A stretch of 64,000 nucleotides of DNA from Tubiluchus corallicola (GCA_030141605.1 JAQGDQ010000353.1:1-64000); one strand, 5' to 3'; shown: positions 13,196 through 28,604, counted from the stretch's first letter. Translations and numbers: made by a program. Notes: generated from the letters alone by a model not told the origin.

Positions 13196-13660
13196 CCTGT
13201 ATCGCTATAGTTCGTGAAATAGCTCCTAAACGATTATCAAGAGAGGTTACTGCTCTCACAAGGTCACATTGAAGCCCACACAATGCACGTCTGACAATGC
13301 ATGTATTCACATAATATTCCGTTGTCTAGAGGCTGCGTCGCAAACTGTATGATTCGGAATAACTTAGCTTGAGCAACAGATGGAGTTCAGTTCACGTCTT
13401 GTTGTGGTGCAGCACACATAACAGATTGTTCAATTAACAGATTTTTGTGGTTTTAGGGAACAATGGAGAGAGAGAAATTTGTAACGTGCATTTTAGAATT
13501 TTTGGTAAGCGGCAGGTTTCAATAATAAAAAGGAATAAGGCGCAATTTCGGATTTATGTTAATAGAAATATTTGATTAGTGCATTTGTAAACGCCACTAG
13601 CAATAATTGCTGTTTTTCTCATTCACACTAAAAAGTGAAGAGCAACATTTTCTTGTGACT

Positions 13661-14388
13661 GGTAATAAAGTTACAGGAAAAAATTACAGTTAATTTCGGC
13701 TGGGCTTAGAATAAGGGTTAGGGGTCATTGTTAGTGTTAGGGTTAGGGGTCATTGTTAGGGTTAATGTTAGTGTTCGGTTAATGTTAGGAATAGGGTTAG
13801 GGGCCATTGTTAATCTTAGGGTTAGGGTTAGGGTTAGGTTTCGTTGTTAATCTTAGGGTTAATGTTAGGATTAAGGTCAGGTTTACTTTTAGGGTTAGGC
13901 TTAGGATTAGGATGAGGGGTCGCTGTTAGTGTTAGAGTTAAGGTTAGGGTTAAAGTTGGGATTAAAGTTAGGGTTGTTGTTAATCTTATTGTTAGGCTTA
14001 GGATTGGGGTGAGGGGTCGTTGTTAGTGTTAGGGTTAGGATTAGGATTAGGGTTAGGGGTCATTGTTAGTGTTAGGTTTAATGTTAGTGTTAGGGTTAAC
14101 GTTAGGAATAGAGTTAGGGGGTCATTGTTAATCTTAGGGTTAGGGTTAGGTTTCATTGTTAATCTCAGGGTTAATGTTAGGATTAGGGTTAGGTTTCGTT
14201 GTTAGTGTTAGGGTTAAGGTTAGGATAAGAGTTAGGTTTTATTGTTAATCTTAGGGTTAGGGTTAGGATAAGAGTTAGGTTTTATTGTTAATCTTAGGGT
14301 TAGGGTTAGGATTAGGGTAAAGGGTCGTTGTTAGTGTTAGGGTTAAGGTTAGGATTTGGGTTGATTTTTTTCCTGTGATTTTGTTACC
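13661..14388. mobile_element. MITE-like element filled with degenerate (TTAGGG)n
   Basis: GGTAATAAAGTTACAGGAAAAAA / TTTTTTCCTGTGATTTTGTTACC inverted repeats bracket the GTTAGG tract (13705-14362). Confidence 0.7.
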
Positions 14389-15059
14389 TGATTTCCTCGT
14401 TCACTTCCCTAATTAAATCAGTAAAAGGCAAATTTTGCTTGACAGTTTATTTGCCTGAATAAATCCTTGTTTGTCACCAACCTCCAATCGAATTTGACAA
14501 CGCAAAATCGTATTGATTTAAATAATTATTACGACGGAGGAAGAATTCATAATTTTACTGAAATGACGAGCAATAGCTTTCGCGGGCTTTCTGCACACTA
14601 ATTTAAGCAATTCTGTCGTAAAATGATGTATTGTCTTGCACTGAAATGTTTCAATACTCCCGCGTGCTCGTCAACATTGTCAAAGTGTTAAAGTCAATAA
14701 GTTTAATGCTGTTCAACATTGTTTCTTTTAAATCTCATCCAGTATCACGACGGACGTTCAGTTTGCATTTGACCATTATTTGTTATATAAATCAAGCGGC
14801 ATTAGAAAATGGCGTATAAAGAAAATGGTCAGGTTGTGTGACGGATAAAGAGACGAACTCGGTAACTTGAGTTCTTATAAATAGCTTTGTCAGTCAGGCA
14901 AATCAATTCAATTCAATTCAATTCAATAGTTTTTTATTTGGCTGATTTGCAACACAAAACATTTACATAATGAAAATAACAATACAATACCAAAATAGGC
15001 AGCAGGCTGTAAAGGCAACATATTCGTTTGTGTCAAGTGAGGATGCGAACCTAACTGCG

Positions 15060-15500
15060 AGCGTGTGCGTACATGCGTGCGTGTGTATGTGTTGCGTGCG
15101 TGCGTGTGTGTGTGTGTGAGTATGCCAGTGTGTGGAGGTGAGTGCGTGTGTACGTATGTGTGTATACGTATTTGTATGCGCGAGTGGTGCGCCCGCCCGC
15201 GTGCGTGCGTGCGTGTGTCTGTGTGTGTGTGTGTGCGCGTGTGTGTGTGTGTGTGTGTGTGTGAGTATGCCAGTGTGTGGAGGTGAGTGAATGTATACGT
15301 ATTTGTATGCGCGAGTGGTGCACGCGTGTGCGTGTGCCAGTGTGTGGAGGTGAGTGCGTGTGTACGTATGTGTGTGGGCGTGCGCGGCTATTTGTACTCG
15401 CGATTGGTGCGCGCGTGCGCGCGTGTATGAGTATGCAAGTGCGTAGAGGTGAGTGCGTATGTGAATGCGCTAGCGGATGCGTGAGAAAGCGAGTGAGTTA
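15060..15500. repeat. (GT/GC)n degenerate microsatellite with internal duplications
   Basis: GAGTATGCCAGTGTGTGGAGGTGAGTG block repeated within the GT tract. Confidence 0.95.
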
Positions 15501-15950
15501 ATAAGGGCATAATTGAACAAGTTTGTGAGTGAGGTGTTGTCCACACATATCACACGTGTATTGGTGCCAATTTTTGTTGACATTCGTGCACTTCACCTGT
15601 TTTAACACAAACCGTAATACCTTTACGCATCTCACGCATCCAGAGTGCGTGTGCGAGGGCGCAAGTAAAATTCACCAACATTGTGACAGCTCAAGTAAAG
15701 AAGTAAGATAGCGTAAATAAATTAGTCACTTACTAGCTGGGATACTTGTGGTATACGTCCACATGGAAATTTAGCAAATTTTGCATTTCTGGATGTGTTG
15801 ATTACGCAATGTTTACAGGATCTATGCAATGCTCCATTGGGAATAACTGGTCCTGTAAGACTTCAGTAACGATTTTACAGTTTAGAAGTTTTAATATTTT
15901 TTATAGGTAGGATTTTAGAGATTTTACAGTTTTGACTTTTAGATACCAAA

Positions 15951-16672
15951 TACAGGGTGTCTCATAAGTCACTTTACACTTTGACTTCTAATTTTCTTTT
16001 TAAATTTTTCTCCATGCTCTTGCAAGCTTTCTGAATCAAAACGAACCTTCAACAATTCTTTTCATTTATTTTTTGAGTGGAACTCGGTTGCTATGACGAC
16101 GACAGTAACGTTAAAAACGAGGTGCTGAATTAGCTTGCCATGAGGTCCTTCAATAGTCAACTGAAGTTCAGCTTAAAATCAAAGAACCATATGAACCACA
16201 CTTTTCTCTCATTAACAATGTAGTTTTTCCAATGTAGGTCCTTCAATGGTCAATTGAAGTTCAGCTTAAATCAAAGAACCATATGAACCACACTTTTCTC
16301 TCATTAACAATGTAGTTTTTCCAATGTAGGTCCTTCAATGGTCAATTGAAGTTCAGCTTAAATCAAAGAACCATATGAACCACACTTTTCTCTCATTAAC
16401 AATGAATGTAGTTTTTTCAACAAGATGTAACCTTTCCTCATCACTCAAAGTCTGTGAGAAAATTTTTCAATGCAATGTGCCCGACCTGCCATTGCATTTG
16501 GTCTCTAAAGCTCTTGAGGTCCTTACAGAATTACAGAAGGTAGAGAAAACAGCACGTGCCAGGCAGTAGTTCTTTTCAGATTTTGCTCCAATTTCACTAA
16601 AAGAATTGACCAGGGTTTTAATTCATCTGTGGCAATTTTCGAACATTTTGCCTCGTTTGTTAAAAAAACTTC
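15951..16672 (-). mobile_element. Tc1/mariner-type MITE M1 (one TIR lost) with internal ~92-bp triplication (16143-16420)
   Basis: TA-CAGGGTGTCTCA terminus; inverted homology to both halves of 53011-54234. Confidence 0.75.
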
Positions 16673-16693
16673 TTAAAAAATATAAAGAAGCTG

Positions 16694-17188
16694 ATGAGAA
16701 ATGCTTTTCGCCACGAACCTTTGATGAAAACTGTCGCCATAGCAAGGAATGCAGGCAGCAAACTTCTTAGATGCCTTGACCAGCTTCAGGCAAATTTCCA
16801 GCCAGACTATCTACCTCTGCAGAGAGTTTTGTTGGAACAAAGCATAAAGAATCGTGTTGATTTTATACTTCGTGTAACCTTCTTGGAATTGAACCCCAGT
16901 CTCGAAACTCCTCGTTTTGAATCTAAAATATTTGAGCACCATCGGAAAATGCGTCTTCAATCACATAGTCTGCGGATAGAAACGGGTAGATGGGCGAGAC
17001 AGCCAAGGGAAAATGGGTTATGTCCTTGTGGGGACATTCAAACTGAGAAACACATTATACAGACATGCCCCCTAACATCTAATAGTAGAAACCGCTACGA
17101 CAAGGTAAACTTTGCTGATTTAACTCACTTCTTTGAGCACCTTAATTGTTGCATAATATGCCATGAAATTTTGCAACTTTCATGCTGA
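16694..17188 (+). mobile_element. Non-LTR retrotransposon ORF2 C-terminus (RTEX-like CCHC zinc knuckle), 5'-truncated
   Basis: RLQSHSLRIETGRW...LCPCGDIQTEKHIIQTCP...R motif in the ORF. Confidence 0.75.
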
Positions 17189-17451
17189 TGTACTAACTAG
17201 TATGAAGTGAATGACGTGTAGTTAAGTGGATAAATGGTGTGACATCAGTTCTGCTTATAGCTTTACCATTGTTGTGTTCTTTAACAGATTTTAACTAATA
17301 CCTTGTATGCGTAACACTGTTTTTAATGTTGTAACCTTGAGTAGAAAATGTGCGTGAAGTGACAATCTGGACTAAAATCACTAATGCATCAACAGTGGCA
17401 TTTACCTCGTTCTTCACGTATACATGTAATTTGATTTAGTCAATAAACTAT

Positions 17452-17472
17452 ATACATACCTACATACGTACG

Positions 17473-17519
<47 letters not shown>

Positions 17520-17621
17520 ATACATACATACATACATACATACATACATACATACATACATACATACATACATACATACATACATACATACATACATACA
17601 TACATACATACATACATACAT
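17452..17621. repeat. (CGTG)n-(TACA)n microsatellite
   Basis: Direct inspection. Confidence 0.98.
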
Positions 17622-18227
17622 AAAGTGTTTAGTGACTTATGAGCCACCCCGTATAAACGTAAATCTACATTTTTCGGATTCGTCCTGCCACCATCGATTT
17701 TGTTGACTCTTGTTTGTCATTCGTGCATCAGTAGAAGACTTTGCCTGGTAAAAAGTCGATGAGGAATTGACGAGCGTCTTTCAGACCTGCTTCTTTATGT
17801 TCACCTGTTAATTACTGTCATCACCTCCCAGGTGTCTGTTTACAAGCAAACAACTCAACCGGAATAGAGGTAACTTGAAGCCATCTTAGTTCAACCCTTT
17901 TGTCCTGATGGAAGTAACACGCTTAATGAAGACCGGTTCTTGTCAGAAGAAGACCTGCTGAGAAAGATATCGACTTCGCCTTCCCATGGTAGCCATAGAC
18001 TCGTGATCTATGAAGACATTTAATGCGTCTGAGTTAGGGCAAAGAATTCCCAGTCATATCATTTTAAGACGTTTATAGCTAAGGTGATTACTGTGAATAG
18101 GGCTAGTAAATTTGGGGTGAAACGGGGGTTATGTTAAGCCAGATGCTGCTTGTGGTACTCGAGGTTAATCAGCATTGCAAATGTAAGCAATGTTAACTAG
18201 TCATTGTGGTAAGAGTTCAAATGTACT

Positions 18228-18618
18228 GTGAGTATGTGAGTGAGTGAGGGAGTGAATGAGTGAGTGAATGAATGAGTGAGTGAGTGAGGGAGGGAGGGAG
18301 GAGGGAGGGAGGGAGGTAGTGAGTTAGTGAGTGAGTGAGGGAGTGAGTGAGTGAGTGAATGAACGAGTGAGTGAGTGAGTGAGTATGTGAGTGAGTGAGA
18401 GAGTGAGTGCGTGAGTGAATGAACGAGTGAGTGAGTGAGTGAGTGAGTGAGTGAGTGAGGGAGGGAGGAGAGAGGGAGGGAGGGAGGGAGGTAGTGAGTG
18501 AGTGAGTGAATAAGTGAGTGATAGTGAGTGATAGTGAGTGAGTGAGTGAGCGAGTGAGTGAGTGAATGAGTGAGTGAGCAAGTAAGTAAGAAAATAAGCA
18601 TGCAAGCAAGCAAGCAAG
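18228..18618. repeat. (GAGT/GAGG)n microsatellite
   Basis: Direct inspection. Confidence 0.97.
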
Positions 18619-19018
18619 TTGAATTAATTCGACGAATTATAGCCAAGCCAACAGTCAATTTGTATTATCCGCTTCAGTGTGAACGTGCTGATATCAACCT
18701 GATGTCACTATTTGATAATCTATGCTATTTGGTTTACTTGCATTTTCAAGCGTCAACCAAAATTTTACAAAAATGATAAATCGAGTGCTAACAGATGCTG
18801 ATAGCTGATTAAACGATTTCTAAATTCTTGGTATGAAAAACAAATTCCGCATGGCGGGTTAATGGTCGGTATCAAGAATTTCAAAAACTTCTGCGTTTGC
18901 TTTGCATCTGGTATCAGTTACGTAATTAACATTATACTTTCTATCAAATCAAAGGGTTAGACCTTTTATGTGTGGTACTGTTGTGAAATAACTACATACT
19001 TCTCATATTTCTTTATAG

Positions 19019-19112
19019 AGTTAATAATTTCAATTGGACGATGACCGGAGAGATATCTTGGACATCTGTGTTAGCCACTCTTTTCGTCTTCTCTTTTATA
19101 GAAAGCATTCAA
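19019..19112 (+). CDS. Candidate first coding exon encoding a signal peptide (ATG at 19041: MTGEISWTSVLATLFVFSFIESIQ)
   Basis: Acceptor TCTCATATTTCTTTATAG, A at -3 of the ATG, hydrophobic core, phase-0 GTAAGT donor at 19113. Confidence 0.4.
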
Positions 19113-19212
19113 GTAAGTAATCTATTGAAATACTGAAATACTGCATGAAATACGTAGTGAAATACAACATTCCTTTGTCAGTTTTTAAAGGAAAATCGAA
19201 TGATTGTGTAAA

Positions 19213-20186
<974 letters not shown>

Positions 20187-20654
20187 GTAAGCCTGATGCG
20201 GCTAACAGCCCTTTGATACTACATAATGTTTCTACGATTTAGCATCCATTCCAGTGAAAAGTTGGAGGTCAAACAAGGCAATAACTGGGACCATTTCATA
20301 TTAACAAAGTCATCATGACACAACAAGTTCTGTATCGCCTGACTGTTTCTTGGAGATAAGGGAAATCTTTGTTTGCAGTCCTGGCTTGATAAAACCAATT
20401 TCCATTGCAGCTGTAATATACACGATTAGTAAAAGACGTGTAAGCACCAATGGAAAGTGTATGGTTTATATCGTGTAATCCATCGCAGCTTTAGCCTTGT
20501 TTGTCACTCACGTTTTGACATCAAACACGTTGCGACTTAGTTTTTAGGTCCCCTGGAAGTTACAGTCCGTTTCAATGCAGAAAATGCATTTTGTTTCCGC
20601 GCTGGTCGATTTCATCGGGGAAACTATGCCCCTCTACTGAGGGCTCCCTAGTTT

Positions 20655-21121
20655 TTAACCCTTTCATACCCGTTGTATCCCGTGGGATACAAGAATATTT
20701 TCTGCCTTTAAAATTAATGAAATTTTAAAACTGACAGTTATTTGATCTGTTAATAGTTATTTTGATTTAAGCCAATAACAATAGGCTAAAAATGGTGATA
20801 AAATGGCAAACTAGAAAATCTGCATAGTATAAGAAACTGCGCTAGATACAGTACTTTAGAGACGACTTTGTACAGATTAGCATAGCATGCATACTAAATG
20901 TCTTAAATACTTTAAAAATTATCAGCAGTTGCAAAATGAAGCACATTTTAAGCTTCCATTGAATCCCAATGTATCCCGTGGGATACAGGCTATATTTAGC
21001 ACGCGGGCACAGGTAGAAAAAAATAATTATTATGTGCAAACAAGATGGACATACTGAACAAAAGTACCAAGCCAAAATTTTTTTTCATATTAAAAAAATA
21101 ATTTGGGACTCAAAGAGTTAA
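20655..21121. mobile_element. piggyBac-type MITE
   Basis: TTAA-CCCTTT ... AAAGAG-TTAA; near-palindrome GTATCCCGTGGGATAC at 20675 and 20971. Confidence 0.7.
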
Positions 21122-21639
21122 CATTCGTGGCTTCTTTTATAGCCTACATTGTGCGTTAGTGCATTACTGGTGTTGAAATGCGAGGTAGTACTATTCAAGG
21201 TGTGATGGACTACTACATTATATGCACAGTGCTGTGTAATATGTTTCAGGCTTTTGATGTTTCATTGTTCAAGAACCCAGAATACAACGCGTAATTTAAG
21301 TTTAACTTCATTTTTCAATAGCGTAAATTCCGTACAAGTATGTGCTTTAATGCCGTACAGAAGAAAATACATAAAGGTGATACTCTTTTCGTACTAAAAT
21401 AACGATTTAAAACGGCTAAGTAATACAAAATTTCACGCAAGAAAAATTTGGTAAAATTAAAGTACAAATATGGAAGAAACTTACTCTGTTATAGAATAGT
21501 TAATCAAGTCTTTAGGAAGTTCATTATATACTAGATTTTGAAGTGTGAGAATCACATTAAAACTCTAGATATTTCAGTCACAGCAATAGTAATAAAATTC
21601 AGTTACAGATTGCAAAATTGTATTCAGTTGCACACTTGC

Positions 21640-21830
21640 ATATAAAACTCGTCTTTAAAAGGTGTCTTTCAAAAGTTTTGCAAGGCCACATGGACGGACA
21701 TTCCAGAGACTGGGGCCACTAGACCTAAAAGAGTGGTTTTGATCACTGTTAAGTTTGTACCCAGGTTGGTACAACAAAGGTCCTTCGTTAGATGTTAACC
21801 TATAAGATGAGTGACAAAAGGAAGGTTTTA
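21640..21830 (-). mobile_element. L2-type LINE ORF2 3' relic
   Basis: Minus strand reads SFRSSGPSLWNVRP followed by a KLLK/FK-like segment. Confidence 0.55.
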
Positions 21831-21873
21831 ATTAAAACACATAGGCTCACTTTTTTTTACAAAGCTGGATGTA

Positions 21874-22338
21874 CGTGAAGAGATTCAAGTGAGGAGATTC
21901 AAGTGAAGAGATTCCTCGCTCATAAAGTGAGGAGAGATTCCTCAATCTCAAGTGAGGAGATTTTTCTGTCCCAAGTGAGGAGGTTCAAGTGAGAAGATTC
22001 CTCACTCCCAAGTGAGGAGATTCTTCACTCCCAAGTGAGGAGAGTCCTCAATCGCAAGTGAGGAGGTTCAAGTGAGGAGATTCTTCACTCCCAAGTGAGG
22101 AGATTCCTCAATCTCAAGTGAGGAGATTTTTCTGTCCCAAGTGAGGATGTATAAGTGAGCAGATTCCTCACTCCCAAGTGAGAAGATTCATCACTCACAA
22201 GTGAGGAGGTTCCTCAATCTCAAGTGAGGAGGTTCAAGTGAGGAGATTCTTCAATCCCCAGTGAGGAGATTCCTCAATCCCAAGTGATGAGATTCCTTAG
22301 TCCCAAATGAGGAGTTTCCTCAGTCCCAAGTGGGATTC
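21874..22338. repeat. ~23-bp minisatellite CAAGTGAGGAGATTCCTCACTCC with shorter variant units
   Basis: Direct inspection; unit contains the inverted pair TGAGGA/TCCTCA. Confidence 0.95.
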
Positions 22339-22800
22339 AGATCCCTTGCTGCTCTGATTAGGATCCTTGGCTTCTTAACCACGAGAAATGGGTCCGAAGA
22401 AATTTGCTCTACCTTTGAAAGGCCACGTGGAGCTAATATAATTGAGTTTATATTGATTCTAATAGGCACAGAAACGGTTCCTTGCATAACCAGTGAATCA
22501 AGCACACTCAATTGCTTTCAGTTGCTTGCTGTGACGATAATAAAATAATTGATGAACCCCGATGATTGACTTTCAGAAATAGAATGAATTCCATTAAAGC
22601 AGTCGACTTAATAGCGCAGCTTTTGAAATAGTAAAATGTTTTATTGAATTTGATGACGTATATTTTCTATCAAAAATTTAAATTTGTTAATTCAATCCAC
22701 TCAGTAAAGTTAAACGAGTACACTGACTGACTTAAATAAAAAATTAATTGATAACAAAATTGTGGCTATTTAATGTCAATTTCAATTTTTTTCTTTCTGA

Positions 22801-24335
22801 AGGAATTTAATAAGAAACTTATTAAAGTTACGACAGTATGAGACTAGATTTTTTAGTAATCAGTATAACTAATTGTAAATAGTCACAGTAATAGGTCTAC
22901 TTTGTTTTTGTAATTAAGGACCCTTGACCATTTCATTCTCTCTGAATTTGAGGAAAGTTTGCTACACTCTTGGCTATGATGTCATTGTTTGTTTGGGGAA
23001 AAATTATCTTAGATTTTTCTTGGTTTAGGCTACCAAATTAGTTTTTTTATATTAACATACTGGGTTTAACTCGTTAGTGAAGTTACAGTTGCAAGGTGTG
23101 TGAAGGACAATGTTTGTACAGCATGTACATTGTCCTGTACACGAAGGACATTGTTTATACAGTATGTACATTGTTCTGCACATGAACGACATTGTTTGTA
23201 TAGTATGTGCATTGTTCTGAACAAGAAAGACATTGTTTGTACAGCATGTACATTGTCCTGCACATGAAGGACGTTGTTTGTACAGCATGTACATTGTCCT
23301 GCACATGAAGGACGTTGTTTGTACAGTATGTACATTGTCCTGCACATGAAGGACGTTGTTTGTACAGTATGTACATTGTCGTGTGCATGAAGGACATTGT
23401 TTATACAGTATGTTCATTGTCCTACACATGAAGGACATTGTTTGTACAGCATGTACATTGTCCTGTACATGAAGGATGTTGTTTGTGCAGTTTGTACATT
23501 GTCGTGTACATGAAGGACATTGTTTATACAGTATGTACATTGTTTCCTGCACATGAAGGACATTGTTTGTACAGCGTTAGGTCGTCACTTTCCGATTCGT
23601 ACAGTGCTCGTTGTAAAACCACCACTTTTGGGCTTTGATATTTTGATCTCATATGTACATACATGTCAGTCTTACAGGCAAACATCTAGTAAAATTGATT
23701 TCTGTTTTGTAATAACTAAGTACTGACAGTTACGTGTTAACAGCAATTAGCAGTCGCCCTTTGACCTTCACTTTTGACCTTATGTTGTCATATGCACGCA
23801 ACAGTTTTAGTAAATCACTTTAGAGCGTAAGTTGTCACATATTGGAAAACTTCTTTACCGTTTGGCTTCTATCACAAAAACTGCTGGAAGTTTGCTCTGT
23901 CTGGCTGACTCGTTCCAATGAGCACTGTACTAATCGGAAAGTGACGACCTAACGCTTTTTTCAAACAATGTCCTTTGTACAGGACAATGTACATATCGTA
24001 CAAACATTGTCCTTCACACACCTTGCAACTGTAACTTCACTAACGCGTTAAACCCTGCATCTTAATGTTTGGCAAGCCTCAAAGTAAAAAAAAACAAATT
24101 TGGTAGCCTAAACCAAGAAACATATATGACAATTTTTTCCCAAACAAACAACGACATCATAGCCAAGAGTGTAGCAAACATTCCTCAAATTCAGAAAGGA
24201 TGAAATGGTCAAGGGTCCTTAATTACAAAAACAAAGTAGACATATTATTTTGACTATTTACAATCAGTTATACTGATTACTAAACATTCTAGTCTCATAC
24301 TGTCATAACTTTAATAAGTTTCTTATTAAATTCCT
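22801..24335. mobile_element. Foldback element with ~400-bp inverted arms; 41-bp array (~11.5 units, 23101-23576) in the left arm
   Basis: AGGAATTTAATAAGAAAC / GTTTCTTATTAAATTCCT termini; inner arms 23574-23613 / 23916-23957; TCTGA on both flanks. Confidence 0.9.
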
Positions 24336-24339
24336 TCTG

Positions 24340-24540
24340 ATAGGACTCGTTCCAGTCCTGCGGCGTCTCATTGTAGGTTAAGCTCATGTATGCTAAGTTG
24401 GTGAACAGCAATTTGATTATTGAGTGGCTCAAGTATTTGGGCAAACACCCGTCTAGCTTTACCGGATTATTGCTCGCCAAGAGCGCATTCCTGCAGTATC
24501 TGGCGCACCGTTGCCAAGCCGTATAGGTTTCCTTAGAAGA
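24340..24540 (-). mobile_element. LINE RT N-terminal relic
   Basis: Minus frame NNPVKLDG...KLLFTNL..MSL..NETPQDWNES resembles the PGPDG...LFN.SL..G..P..WK motif. Confidence 0.45.
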
Positions 24541-24839
24541 CGTGAAAACAGATGTTTTGATGTTAAATACGACTGATCGGGTCAGCTAAAGCAAACAGAA
24601 CCCGCGTCTTGCACGTGTTTGCATAAAACCAAAATTAGACACCTTGGTAAAAATAGTCCCTGCCCACCGTGAAATTCTCCTCGTTAACCAGGTTATTTGT
24701 GGCTTCGTCCTTGTTTTTTTTTGGTGGTTCTACTTCCTGATTGCTCTTTCTTTCACCCCTCCTCTTCCCAAATTTTGCTTTCTGCTTCCCTTTTGTTTCA
24801 TTTGCTTTGTCACCTCTTTCCCACTTTTTTCTTTCTGTC

Positions 24840-25482
<643 letters not shown>

Positions 25483-26156
25483 CCATTTGTCATAAGCGTC
25501 ACCAGTAGTCATCTACTCCTATCGTTCTTATAATCAAATTTCTCCCAGTGGTTTAGTGTTCCACTGATTTATTCAATGATTTATTTACTAAAACAATATA
25601 AAATATTTTGCATAACCTGTCTTTTAGTTTTCAGTAGTGAGAGTCACATGATTATTTTAAAAAAACATAAAAATCTTGAGTTTCATTGAAACTTTCTTTT
25701 CAATATTAAATTTCCTTTTCTTGATTCACTCTTTGTATTCAGATGTGGTGCTTTTAGGAAGATCGTATTTCAGGACTTCCCGTAATGTAACTATATTAGA
25801 ACTAAATGAGGCTATTTTATCAGTAATGTTCTAATATTTCACACGTTCTAAAGCGATTCTACGGGATTTTCTACGGAAATAAGAGCGATTTCCGATATTT
25901 TCCCGAGAAGAAATATATGGACGACAATGAGCTTTGACGTAACTTCTTCGAAGATTTCTTTCGGTTTCTTCACCCTGTATAAATGAATTCATAAGATGAA
26001 TGGCGTATTATAGAAGCATGAATTTTTTTGCAGAAATCAAACCACGCCAAAAAACCTGGCAGAGACTAAATCCACTTCTTTGTTTATGACATTATAACAC
26101 ATGACTAAGTCGTTTTCACACGTCTTTCTTCAAGAGTTTCGATAAGACTAGTAACG

Positions 26157-26961
26157 TAACGCAGAAGAAAACCCTCCACTTACATAAAGCTTAAAAAATC
26201 CGTCTCGAAATTTTATACCACTTACATACTACCTTTTCGTATGCATGGCTTGCATCGGTCGTAACGCTGTATAAAACGTGTAAATTCAAACTCCCGCGAT
26301 GACCGTTAGGCGCAGCCATTTAAATGGTAGGTCGTTTGAAACAAGTTTTGATGACATTAAGTAAAATTTTAAAAAATAATCATAGCATTCGTAGCATAAG
26401 AGTTTCAAGAGTTTATTCATTTCCACATTGCATCTTTAGTTATCATTAAAATACAGATAATTATCCATTTAAGTAAATATAAATATAAATATAAATAAAT
26501 GCAGTATTAACGAGAAATCACAAAATACATGTTGCTAATTAGGTAAACTTTTAAATTACTGTACTTGTCAATAAGATTAGAAATACGTTTTTGGCTAGTG
26601 GCGCACCCTGGAGGGTGAGTTAGCGACATTTTACCAATGGGCACAAGCATTTTAAATTATTAGTCTAGTTACATAAGTCTTACCAGCAGGTAAGTGAAGT
26701 GCTAAGTAAATATAGATTTTGCACGGAAAGCTTTTTGGGTCATAATTTAACATTTCCTTTTCTTCCCCTGATTTACGTGGCGTAGTGACGTCATGTAATG
26801 GCGCCGTCGGAACTGTATTGCGGGAGATTTAAAATGAAAACAAACGAAAATTCCTTTCAACGCGATACGGGTATGTGCATAAAATTGCTGTAAAGTAGTA
26901 TAATTTTTTAAGGCGATTTTTCTGAAACGTACCTCAGGTGCCCCATTTTCCTCTCCTTTAA
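26157..26961 (+). mobile_element. Kolobok-type MITE K3 with internal AT-rich insertion (~26400-26525)
   Basis: Colinear with 30379-31054; ends CCT-TTAA. Confidence 0.85.
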
Positions 26962-27206
26962 GTATATCGAGGCAAGATTAAATTACAATTGTAGAATACC
27001 AACATGTAAGGTTCAGCCAAAGACACACCTGACAAAATTATTTCACATATTTATCTTTGTTCTGCATTTTTACCACTTCAATTAGCTACGTCTTCGTCTT
27101 TACTTTAAAAGTGACAGTGTAATTTTGGCTGCAGTGTAAGGTCAATTCAAGGCCAATTCAAGATCCTATGCATGCAAATGTGTTCCAAATGTTTTAGGCT
27201 GCTGAG

Positions 27207-27546
27207 TATATATATATATATAATAATCTTTATTTGCCATTAAAATACATTGATAATCACCGATAAAAACTTTACAGAGATGATCAATCAGTGTTAGTTA
27301 ATAAAAATTTACACTGCTAAAGGCAAATGCGTCAGTGCAATCTAAACTACTGTGCAGTAATGGAAAGTAACGCCGAATAAAATCAAACATATTTACAATT
27401 ATGCACAAAAAGTGGCCGTGGATATATGAATGCTGAATTAGTGTGCATGTTGTCGTATTGGTGTGATGGTATTTCATATCTGGTTAATATTAGTGATTTT
27501 AATTTTGTTTTAAATGCTGATAGGGACTTGATCTGTTTTGTTACCA
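27207..27546 (-). mobile_element. CR1-group LINE 3' end (AATAAA + (TA)n tail)
   Basis: Minus strand KQIKSLSAFKTKLKSLIL then 3' UTR; second copy at 48900-49325. Confidence 0.7.
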
Positions 27547-28221
27547 AATAATGTAGTCAGGCAGCGAGCAAATAATATTAGTGCCAAAAGATCACTGAGT
27601 AAACCGCTTCAATCTGACTAGGCTGCTGAGACACTACTTATATGCACAATTTGCTGAAATGTGATTGTCGCGTGAGACGATCTGCGCAATTGTCTTAACA
27701 ATTTTCGGAAACAGTAAAACCTGTTGAAAGCATTTCTTGCTACATCGTCATCTCCATAAAGTCATAAAGCTTTATTTGATCCTGTCCAAATCTAGTCAAC
27801 ATTTCTCTGTAATCTGCCTGTGTTAAACCATCGTTTGCGCATGCGTATTCAATATTTCTGCATGATCCGTTTCTACTCAGTTCTTATTTGCGCATGCGTG
27901 TATAGAATTAATCACCTACGGCTCGTATTTCGTTTCATTAAGAGTCAAATGGCAGCTGGCTTAATTAACACTTACTTGACCTGCCTGACAAAATGGCATC
28001 ATCAGGACATTCGAGCTTTATTACATGTAGCTTATGCAAGTGTCGCATGCGGGGCAGTTTAACGAGAAGCCCTTCAACGTTTCAATGTTAATCTGTACTG
28101 GCTTCACTGATGCAGAATCAGTGTTACATTGACAGAAAGAGTTTGTTTTAAACAAGTAACTAAGCAAGTATTGGAAAACCATAAGCATTGTGATTATTTA
28201 AACACCAGAAAGATTACAACC

Positions 28222-28230
28222 CAACAACAA

Positions 28231-28280
<50 letters not shown>

Positions 28281-28604
28281 CCAGCACCAACACCAACACC
28301 AACAACAACAGCAGCAGCAGCAGCATTGACAACAATAACAACATCAACAGCAACACCATCATGAGCAAATTACAACAGCAGCAGCAGTAGCAGCACCAAC
28401 AACAGCAACAGCAGCAGCAGCAGCAGCAGCAGTAGCAGCAGCAGCAGCAGGAGCAGCAGCAGCAGCAGGAGCAGCAGCAGCAGCAGCAGCATTGACAAAA
28501 ATAACAACATCAACAGCAACACCATCATGAGCAAATTACAACAGCAGCAGCAGCACTAGCAACGGCAACAGCAACAACAGCAACAGCAGCAGCAACAACA
28601 GCAA

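Noticed and set aside
13705-14362. True telomere or telomere-fusion site
   Set aside because: Degenerate, single orientation, internal and bounded by inverted repeats
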